The notes below the pieces were generated by a model. It was given only the letters and a program-made list of their open reading frames with translations. It ran no database searches and was not told where the DNA came from. Positions 27,443 to 39,400 of a stretch of 64,000 nt of DNA are shown one piece after another (position 1 is the stretch's first letter; every line of letters starts with the position of its first letter). Origin of the DNA: a virus; the IMG/VR virus record IMGVR_UViG_3300008262_000018, positions 32,001 through 96,000 of that record; one strand, given 5' to 3'. The position numbers and the translations under genes are program-made.

Positions 27443-30400
27443 ATGGCAGAAAATAAACTTTTTGAGGGAATGCAGTTAGATCAAAAACTAGGAATGGATG
27501 AGTTTGAACAACAACTTGATCTAGAAGGTTTGGATAAAAAACCTTTTGAAGTAACTGCTGACACTTCATTACCAAGAAGAATTAAAACTGAAGAACAAGC
27601 TTTAAATGCACTTAATGATGCTTTTGTAAGAGGCACTCAAGCTACAAGAGGTGGTTCATCAGGATTGTACAATCCTAAAATTGTTCCTTACAATAGTGTA
27701 AAGAAGTATTTAGACATGCCTTATGGCTACAACTATGGTCTTGATAATGATAATTTTTACGCTAATCAAGAACATTGGTTAAAAACAGCTGGTAAAGGTA
27801 TTATGCGATTTGGTATAGGTACAGTTGCTAAAGTTGGTGAAGGTGCAGGTTTTTTATTAGGATTATCTAATCCATTAAACTGGGATGGTGATGTTATTTC
27901 TAATGCTGCTGATAATGGAATATCACAACTGTTTGGAGCACTTGACCAAAAAACAAAAGAAGATTGGTTTCCTCTTTACCAAGAAGCTGAAGATAGAGAA
28001 AAAGGATTTTGGAATAGACTATTTACTGATGGAGATTTTTGGGCTGGAGATATTGCAGATGGATTTGCATTTGCAGTATCTGTTTTTGTTCCAGGTATGG
28101 CATTGAGTAAGTTAGGATTAGGTGCAAAAGTATTAAGAGCAACTGCTCCTCTTAGAATTGGTACAGGTATTGCTGAAGATGCTGTTATTAATGCAGGAAA
28201 AGTTCAAAACTATCTCACAAGAGGTGCTCAAATAGCAAAAGGAATAGATAAGTTTACTGCATGGGGAACTATGACAGCAAGTGAATCTTTATTTGAAGCT
28301 GCTGAAATAAAAAGAAATATTATAAATTCTCTTACGCAAGATGAATTTGGAAACTATGTAATAAATAAAGAAACAGGTCGTCCATATACAGAAGAAGAAA
28401 AGAAAAGAATTGCTGGTCAAAACGCCCAAGGTGCTTTTTTGTTAAACACTGCACTTCTTGGAATGACTAATATTATACAGCTGAGATGGCTTGGTAAAAT
28501 ATTTAATGAAGGTGCTGAGTTAAGCACTAAACGTATTATAGGAACAAAAAATTTAACTGATGTTTTAAAACTTCCATCAGCATCAGGAAAAATATCAAAA
28601 TTTTTAGATGGTAAGTTAGGTGCGTTTTTTTCAGGTTTACCAACAGCTATTGCATCAGAAGGTTTTGTAGAAGAAAACTTTCAGCTTGCTATTCAAAGGT
28701 TGACCGAATCTTATGGTAAAAAAGGTAAAGTTAGAGACTATTTAAATGTAAAAGAACTTTTAGGTCAAGTTGGTAGTCAAACATTAAAAGCAATTTTGGG
28801 TGATGATCCTGAAGCTTCTACAAGTATTGGACTAGGTGGTTTGATTGGTACATCTATGTCAGGTGTATCTAATGTAATGAACTTTTCAAGAGAAAAAGTT
28901 AATAATGAAAACTTAGTAACATCATACAATAATGCACAACAAAATTGGTTAAAGTTTGGTAACATTTACAAAACACAAACAGTTGAAACAACAGATGATA
29001 GTGGAAATATTGTTAAAACAGAAAAAATAGTATTTGATCCTCAAGGTAGACCAGAAGAAGATGTAGAAAAAGTAGCTGGTGTTTTAACAGGATATAGAGC
29101 TGTTACATCAATGCTTGATGAGTCTGAAAAATTAAAAGATGGTTTGATAAAAACCACAATGCGCGATATGGCTTTTGCTGAGTTTGTAAAAGCACACATT
29201 AACGCTGGAATTGAAAGTAATCTTTTGGAGAAACTTGATGATGTAATAAAAGCATCACCAGAAGAAGTTGTTAAACTTGGGTTTATTCTTGATGATAATG
29301 TTGCAGATCAAGTAAATAGATATAAAAACTTGGCTTCAAAAATAATGAAGCAAGATAAGTTAATAAATAGAGATATTTTATTTGATAATACACCAGAAGA
29401 TTTAGCAAGAAAAAATACATTAATTGACTTAGCTTCTAAACAAGCTGTTTATGAAAACCTTAGAGATGAAATATCTAAGTCACAAACAGAATTAAAAAAT
29501 GAACTAATTGATACTAAAAATACATCTTTATCAGATGGATTAGTAGATCAACTTAATGATCTTGTTTATAGAATTAATGCACAAGAAGAGAAGTTAAATT
29601 CTTTAAAAAAGACTGGCGAGCAATCTTTTGCTTATACAATGGCTAATGATGTTCTTAATGATCTTAAATCTGACCTAAATGATTTATTAAAAAATAATGA
29701 GTTATCTGTTAAAGATATAAAGAAAGGAAAAGATGGTTTTTATAAATATGAAAAGAAGAGAAGAAATCGTCCTGGAATAGTAGATCAATATAATAAGAAA
29801 TCAAAAGTAAAAAGCGAATTAGAAAATTATATTGATGAGCTAGGATATGAGTGGGCAAAATATGCTGATGCAATAAATGGTAAGGATAACTTTCTTAAAA
29901 CTTATAATGAAGAAGTTATAGAACCATTAAATAATGATCTTACTAAAAAAGAAGAAGTAGAAAAAGAATTAGCATCAAGACCAAAGGTAGCTTCTGCAAC
30001 TATAAAGGATAGTGAAGGAAATGATGTAGATATTTCTTTTTCTGAAAAAGATGTTTACACAAGAGTTAATCCCACTACTAAAAAAACAGAAAAAATACAA
30101 GTTGAAAGTATTGACCTTGAAAAAGGTATGGTTATAGTTATTGCTCCTAATGGAACTTCAATAACTGCTCCCATTAAAGATTTTTCACAGGTGCTATTTA
30201 ATGAGCAATGGAAGTTAGAGAAAGTAAAAGAAAAACCAAAAGCTGAACCTAAAGAAGGACAAGATCCTTCTGAAACAGAAGAAGGTTTGTTTACAGAAAT
30301 TGAAGATGGTAAGCTTACAGCTGAAGAAGAAAAGTATGCACAAAGACCTAAGTTTCAAGAAGTAGGATTTGGTAAAACATTTGGTAGACAATTTAACGAT

Positions 30401-33400
30401 CCTCCTGCAAATACTATTCCAAACACTGAGAATGGCTCTGATAGATTCTACTATTTTACGGCTAAGCATAATGTTTACAATCGTTACTACTTTTTAAAAG
30501 TGGTAACAGCTGATAATGATGAGTTTAAAATTAGAGACTCAAAGCAGAATCCAGATGATATCAAAGTAGTCTTGATGAAGAGAACTAAAACTGGTGAAGA
30601 TCAGTTTAGGTATGACTATGTAGATAAAGATAATAAAATAATTCCTGAAGGATCTGCTACAAAAAATAATATTATATATAGATCTTTAATTGATATTAAT
30701 AATCTTGATATTGATAGAGTTAAAAGAGATTATACAATTGGAGGATTGACAGATGCTGAGATACAAAAAGCAATTGATGAACACATTGCTTTTCAAAAAG
30801 ATTTAGCTAAGAGGATAAAAGAAGGTGAGGAAGTATTTTTAAAAGCAGTTTCTACTTCTCCTGGTGTACATACAATAATGTACTCTAATGAGTTTGATGA
30901 AAAAGGTAATCCAAAACCAGCAGAGCAACCTTTAGAAGGTCGTATTATTGCTCGTGATCCTGACTTTGATGATTTAAGAAGTGCAAACAATCCTGAAATT
31001 AATATTGACTTAAGAGTTGTTACAGCAGATAATGTACCAGCTCAAGGTATTAGAGCAGGTCGTCTTGTTATGCAAGAGTACACTCTTGAGAATGGTAGAA
31101 AGATTTGGGGTGATAATATTTATAGAGTATTTAATAGACAGCTTGATGAAAATGAAAAGGAGAACATATATAATGCTCTTCTTAGACTTTCTGATTTGTA
31201 TATTAAAAAATATGGTAAGAAGAATTTCTTTGGTAAGAAAGTAAAAAAATCAACCAAACTTTCAAAAGAAGAAGAGTCTGAGTTAAATCTCATCACTGGA
31301 TATTTAAAAGGTGTTATTAATTGGTCTAAACCAAAGGCTAAAGAAAAGGTTTCTGATAAGAACTTTTGGATAAGCAATGGTTTGCATAGAGGTAGCACAG
31401 TTGTTCCTTTTGATAGAGCTAGTATTACAAAGAATAAAGAAAAACTTACAAAAGGACTCTACCATAATGTAAACAGTACATATCTAAAGGAAGATATGTC
31501 TTTTACTACTCTTAAATTTGACAAACTTGGGAAAGCTTCTAAAGATGTTAAATATGATACATATACAGAATACCTTTTAGCAAAAAGAGAAAAAGGTGCA
31601 CCACCTGTATACACATCTCTTCCTTTAGCAAATTCTGATATTCCACAAAGAACAAATGCTTATATTAAATGGCAAGAGGTTGGTGTTAAAGAAGATGTTG
31701 TTGAGGATACAAAGAAGAGAGAAGAGAAAATGGATGCTGCTTCATCAGCTCTTCCAAAAATAGATAGAGAGATCAATGAATTTGTTTCTTTAAAAAGAAA
31801 GTATTTAAAGATTAGAGGTGTCGAGTTTAAATTTACAATATCAAAAGATAGTGTTGTATTTAGTTTTAAAACAGAGAAAGGATATGAACAAAAGACTGAT
31901 CCTATTCCTTTAAGTGAAGTTCCTAAAAGAAGAGATGATTTAATTCAAGTTATTTCAAAAAGAACAGGGTATAAATACGGAGCTACAGCTGCTTTTCATA
32001 AATTAACATTAGAGACATTAGAAAAAGAAAAGAAAAGAAAAGAAGAAGCTAAAAAGAAAGCAGAAGAAGCTGCTAAGAAAAAGCCTAGTGTTTCTACAGA
32101 TGCTAAAGTTAAGATAGAAGCTAAGAAAGCTGAAATACAAAAATTAGAGAAAGAAAAATCTGATTTATTAACAGAAACTAAAACTTCTGAGAAAAGTGAA
32201 ATAGATGCCATTCGAGATTTATTAAAAATTGGAAATAAATTTAAAATAGATGGTATAGATGTTACTGTTATTCCTTATGGTACTGGTATGATGATTTCTG
32301 CGGATGGTGTACTTCCAATAAAAGGATATGTTTTTCGTACTAAAAATTTAAACGAAGACGAATTAAATAATCTTACTTATATTTTATATCAAAATAACTT
32401 TAAAGGAAATAAAAATGTACCTTTAAGTACTTCTGAAATAGATGCTAAAATAAATAAAGCAAAACAAGAACTAGCTGTTTTAGAAGGTGGTGCTAAACCT
32501 ACTGAAGTAACAACAGAAGGTCCTTTCTTTTCTATTGAAGATGCTGTTAGCAATGCTACTATCAAAGATGGTATTGCCACTGCTGTTGTTTCTACAAAAA
32601 ATATAACAACTAATGAGGTAGCTGAACTATACAGAGCAGAAGTTAAAATTGTAGGTGGAAATGTACAAGCTGCAAAAAGAGAATTAAGTAAAAAACTTCT
32701 TGCACAAATTGATACAATAGATGATAACGATATTCCTTTTAGATTAGCAACTGAGCAAGAAGTATCTGAACTTGAAGATTTCGATGAGTATCAGAAATTT
32801 ATGGGAGAAAAACTTCCTCAGATTCCAATTCAAAGAGTTAATAATTTGATTTATGGAAAAGCATTGGGTGCTTTTTTAAAAGGTGGTATTTATATTTATA
32901 ATAAAGCAAGTAAGGGTACAGGATATCATGAAGCATTTGAAGCTGTATGGGCTAGTTATCTTACTGATGATGAACAGTTTGAATTAATAAAAGAGTTTAG
33001 ACAACGCGAAGGTTCTTTTACAAACCCTTATACAAACATCACTAAACCTTACGCAGAAGCTACTAGATATGATGTAAGAGAGATGTTAGCAGATGAGTTT
33101 GGACCTTATATTGAAAACGAGTCATTTAGTCCTAAAACAGTAGGAGAAAAAACTAAAAACATCCTTCAAAAACTTTGGGAGTTTATTAAATCTATATTTG
33201 GTCTTAGCAAAAAAGATAGAAAAGATTTTGATACTTATGTTAATAAGATATTTAAGAAAATTTCTAAAGGAGGATATAAGAATGCTAAACCTATTAGAGA
33301 TGTAATGACGTTAGCTCCTTCTTTTAAAGTAGCTCCTGGTTTAAATCAACAACAAACCTTAGATGCTTTAGAAGGAATTAACTTTTATTTCTTTAAGGAA

Positions 33401-36400
33401 CTCTTCTTAAGAGGGAACACTGTAGATAGTATTATTAGAGGTTTAGATAAGAATGAGATTAACAAGCTTTTAACAAATACTTTTGATACTGCTTTTAATC
33501 AAGTTGTGGCTAATGCCAATGTTGTAAATACAGGTGTTGCTAAAATAGTTAGTGAGCAAAAGAAAGCTCTTTATGATATTTTTAAAGCTAACTTAAAAAG
33601 ATATGGAGTTCGTTTTTTTGAGTTAGAAGAACAAGATGAAAGTAAAACAAATGACCCTCTTGGTATTAGAGACTCTATTACCATAGATCCTAGAAAAACA
33701 ACCTCTGTAAACGTTTCGTTGCTATTGCTTTCATTGCCAGATATAAGAACTATAAATGGTAAACTAAAACATCAGTTGAATGACTTAGGTCAACCAACGC
33801 TTGTTGATTCATCAAGAGTGCATACACTTCTTCTAAACGAATTAAGTAATGTATCTTTTATAGTAAAGGAAGATGGTACTAAGGTGAATGCTTTTGATCA
33901 AATGATTGAAAAGCTTGATGAAAAGTACATGAATACTAAACTGGTTGATGGTAAGCTTGTAAAAGATGGTACATATAGAGAAGGCTATCAATGGGTTAAT
34001 AGTTTAAAAATTCGTTTAAAATATCAAGACTTAAAAGGTAATCGTATACAAACAAATGAACTTGATATAGATGATATTAGTCTTCGCGTAGCATTTATTA
34101 AGAGTTTTTCTAATACTAAGTTTATCCCTGATAAAATGATTGTAGAGAGCGATGGCTTTATCTACAACTTTAATCCTTTGATTAATGTTAATGAGGATAG
34201 AATTAGAAAAGATTGGGCTAATAATATCAAAAAACAATTAATTTCTAATAAGTCTAAACTATTTAAGTTACAGAAATCTGGTAGATATACTGTCAACCAA
34301 GCATCTGATGATTACTTTATGCTTGTTGATTACAAAGATAGTGTTGGATTGGAACCTGTCTTAGAAGGATTTAGAAAACTAGGAATAGAATTTTCAGCTA
34401 CAACCACTGAACTTAGCAGATACGAAACAACTTTAAGAGAACAATATATTCAAATAGTTAATCGATTTGAAGATAAGACTATTACAGACTTAGAAGACTT
34501 GTTTGCAAAAGATGTAATTGGTGGTCGTATAGATACACTAATTGGAATAGAGTCTAAGTTTGAAGGAGAAGATAATGTATTAAGCTATTACAATGCTGAT
34601 GGGGAAATACAATACTCAGTGGGTATACCTTCTCTCTTTGGTACAACAATTAATATATTAAATAAAGTTAATTCGCTTGAAGAACTTGTTACAACAGCAC
34701 CTTGGTTAGGGTTTATTAATAATGAAGGTAAAGCAGAACTCCACCCCTACCAAACTAACTCTATGCTTTTGAAACCTGGTGGATTGTTGTTTAATAAAGA
34801 TGGTAAAAGAAAAAGAGCTTCTAAAGATCAAGAGCTCACTTATCGTGTAATTTCAGGTACAGGTGTTTCTAACGTAGATGGTACAAATACTGCTAAGCTT
34901 CAGTTTCCTGAACGTATAGCACTAAAGATTCACTATCTGCTTAATAACGTAACCTTTACACTAATCAACTCTGATAAGAGTACAGAGTATGGAATATCTC
35001 TACCTAGTAAGTTATTTGTCGAAACTTCTGATGTAGATAATCTTCTTAATGATGAAGATCAAAAAATAACTAACATCTATATAGATCAGCTTAAAGATGA
35101 ACTTGCAGCTGCTGTTTTCCAAAAGACTGATCCTCAGAACATTCAATATTATAGCAAAGGTGTATTTGATCTTGGTCATTTTAGAGATATACTATCTGAT
35201 AAAGTGAAAGATAAGTTTAAGAAAAACATATTAGATGAAGAGTCTAAAGACTTTGGCGACTATGAAAAGTTTGTAGAGGATAACCTTAAGGATATTGAGA
35301 AAGATATTAGAACTTATTTAAAAGCTAAGGTAGAAGAGACATATAACTTCTTATTAGAAAATGATATATTCTACAAACCAGGATCTAGAGGTTTCTGGAC
35401 TGATTTAAAAATTACAGATGCTATTGATAATGAGCTTTTAAATAAAGTGTTGTCAATAGAGCCTAAGACTGTTAAAGACAGGGATGGATATACTAGCGAT
35501 GACATTATGAAAATTGCTGGTTATCTAGCTATTAATGAAGAGATATCAGTTACTGAGCAACACAAGATTGTATATGGTCATCCTGCTATGTATAAAGATT
35601 TGCCAAAACGTGCAAATGGTCCCACTTCTACAAAAGAAGCATTAGTTGAAGATAGTGATATTGTTTCTTGGCAAGATAATAATATGCCAAGGCATGATCT
35701 TAAAAAGAGATCAGAAGATGTAAATCAAACTATCAATGTGGTATCTTATAAAGACATGGATGTTGTTAGTATCTTTTATAAGGAAATAGCTGAAAACATA
35801 TATAAAGATCTTCGTAATGCAGGTCTTTCACAAGAAGAAGCTGAGAAGAAAGTGGGGGCTAGATTTGATGAATCTAACAATATAACTGGTTTTATAATTA
35901 AGAATGGAGAATATACAGGATCTGTAAGTGCATATCTTAAACTAACTGAATCTGATGCGATGGCAATGGGTATGCCTGATGCTATTAGAGATTTGCTATT
36001 TGCAAGTAGTAAGTTTACTGATGAGAGAGCTGCTCAATGGGATTATGAAATTGCATATGAAAAGCTAGTTAGATCAGGAACTATAAAAGCAAAAGATGGA
36101 ACTACTATTAAAAAATCAGATCCTAGATATAGAAAGTTTTCAAAAGCTGAATTAGCAGATGCTCTTGAAATATATAAAGTTGGAGATCCAGGATATATAT
36201 TTGAAGTACTTAAGCCTCAATACTTTGGATATGGAGTCACTAAAAATATATCACATCCTGTCTTTTTGAAACACGCTGTTCAACCTAAGTTTTACAGACA
36301 TGTTGAAGGAACACAATTTGAAAAGCTGTATATAGCTGCGCAAAGTAATAAAATAGATATTATTGGATTTGAGTCTGGTGAAAAAGTTGGTAATGTCACT

Positions 36401-39400
36401 ACAGAATCAGGTGACTTTGTTCCTGTTTACAATGATCTAGGTGGTACTAATATAGATGAGACTGATGGTAAATACGCTTTTCCTGAAGACTTACCTATTC
36501 AAACTTTGTATAGTAGGTTCTATGGTATACAAGTGGAGCAAAGTAATAAACCTAAGAAGTCAGTTGTAAGAGGTACACAGGTGACTAAAATCATTATGAC
36601 AAACTTCTATGAAAATGGATTACCAATTAATGAAAGTATTGGAACATTAATAGAAGACTATAATAGCACAATTGATTCTATTATAAAATTAGGAAAAGAA
36701 AAACTTTTAAAAGATCTTGGTTTAGAAAGAGATGGTAAAGATTATAAAACAAAGGATCTTTCTAAGCTTATTGAAATTTTAAGAGCAGAAGCTGAATCTC
36801 GTGATCTACCAGATAATATCATAGATGCAATTGATTATATAGAAGATATAGAAAATGAAGAGCAAAGCCTTCTCTATTCTTTTGATACAATTATAACTAG
36901 AGAGAAAATTGATAATATTCTAAACTCAATAGTTGATTCAAGAGTGATTTCTGAAAAGATGAACGGTAAATCATCTCCACAGGTGGCTTCTACGCTGTAT
37001 GAAAGTAATCCTCGCAGCTTTATGTATGTTAAAGATGGAGTGTATACACAGCTAAGCAAGTCTGCTCTTAAAACTTTAACAGAAGAAGAGCGCAAGAGCA
37101 TTAAAATGACTTCATCAGATTTGAAGTTTTATCGTAAAGGAAAAGATGGTAAAACTTTGAGTATGGAAGTTTATATAGCATGGCCTTTTGGAGATCAAGT
37201 TACACCTGAGCAAATGGGGCTAAAGTTAGAAAATGGTATTTATAAGGTGCCAGAAGGTGCTCTTCGTAACATGGATAAAGAAATTTTAAGAATTATTGGC
37301 TTCCGTATTCCTACACAGGCTCCTAACTCAATTGAAAGTATTATTATCAAAGGATTTACACCAGCAACAAATGGTGATATGATTGTTGTACCATCAGAAA
37401 TAGTTGGTAAATCAGGATCTGACTTTGATATTGATAAACTCAATCTTTACATGCCTAATGTTGAAATAGACGTTGATGGTAATAAATATTATGGAGAAAC
37501 TGAGTTTAATGATTTTCTTTATAATAATCTTGTTAAAAGAGGACTATCTGCTGATAAAGCTAAACAAGTAATTGACACATTTACTAAAGATGACTATGTA
37601 CAACTTAATCGTACAACCTTTGCAGAAGCAGGTAAGTATCAAAAGAATGCAGAACTTAGCTTAAATGATATCTCTAAAAGAATGCAAGCTTCTGATCAAA
37701 CATTAGAATATATTAAAAAAGGTATACAAGCTTATAACTTAAATTCTAAAAACAGAAAATATATTAGATATATTCCTGAAGATACTACCACTAAACAAGG
37801 TCTTCAGAATAGACTTATAAGAATAATGTCTGATCTTATTCTTTCTCCTGAAAACTATGTACAGCTTGTAACCCCTAATAGTACAGCTACATTAAAAGGA
37901 TTGGCTAATAGAATGTCTAGACTTGAAGCAATAGCTAATCCAGATAGCTTAAAACAAAATGAAAAATCATTAACGTATTTAAGAAGTTTTATTGGTACAA
38001 CAAAAACAAGGGAGAGATATCTTACAGCTAAACAAATGGTGGGTATTTCAGCATTACATAGTACATTTCATGCTATGGCTCAAAAAGTTGGATTAAAAGT
38101 TAAGGCTGAATATAAAACTAAAAACATAGGATATTTAATTCCTAAAGAAGAAGAAACTACAGGTAAAGGACGTAATAAAACTACCACTCTTAAAGCTAAA
38201 ACTGTAGAACCTATTGTAATTAAACTTCCTCATCATCCTGCTGATGAAAAAACTGGGTTGTTTAGTATAGGCTATAAAAAAGCTGTTGATGGTCAAGATA
38301 TTTCTGAAATGAATTCAGAATCTACATCAGGATTTGTTGATGGTGCAAAAGATCCATTTGTATTTGATTTGAAGCTATCAATGAATACAGCATCTACATG
38401 GTTCTACCTTAGACACATGGGTGTCCCTGAATCATATATAGCAGCGTTATTTAGCCAGCCTATTATTGTAGATTATTTTAAAAAGTTTGCAAAGAACAGA
38501 TCTAACTTTAAAAAACAGAATGGAGAGAATCTTTCTAGAGAAGAGCTTATGTTTGAAGCAGTGGCTCCCTACTATGATAAGGTTGTAAAAGGTGGATCAT
38601 TGTTAGCAACGCTTAATTCAATAGAAGAATCTACATTTAATGTTTCTTTTAAAAATCAAAGAAAGAACGATATATTAAAACAACTAGATGTAATATATAA
38701 TACATTTGACGAGTTTACACTTTCAGAATTAGAAGAAGCTATTACATTAGGTGAAAAGGCTGATCCTAAACTTCAGATTGCAGCGCTATTAAGTTACTTA
38801 AGATATAATGCTCAAGCTAGTTATTTAAGTAGTTTTATAGCTGGAATTGGTTTTGATACAGGAAAAACAGCAACTACACAGGAAGCTATCTTACAGATGT
38901 CTAAATGGAAAAAAGCAGAGAAACAAGAGTTTATTAATAATCCAAATGCAATAATGGATGAAACATTTTTAGGACAACTTAAAGCACAAAAAGAAGATGT
39001 CTTTAATATGTTTAGACGTTTCTTTATTACGTTGTCTCCAGATATTCTAAATGTATTTCAAAAACTTTATGATAAACTTGATGATCCTGATACATTCTTG
39101 ATGAGAGATGATGCTTATAATTTAATTACAAGATATCAAAATCACGTATTAGGATATATTCTCCACACTACGCCATTCAAAACATTTGATGGCACAGAAA
39201 AAACACTGAATCAAATGTATGAGGATATGTTCAAGGGAGATAATTCTATAGCAAAACGTTTGTTAGATTTAAAGAATTCTAAAGACGACACTATATCAGA
39301 AAATTTATTTATAAAAGAATTAATGCCATTATTAACAAATAACGATATTAAAACAAATAATATATCCTTATTTAGAAATAGACTTGATACTTTTGAAATA

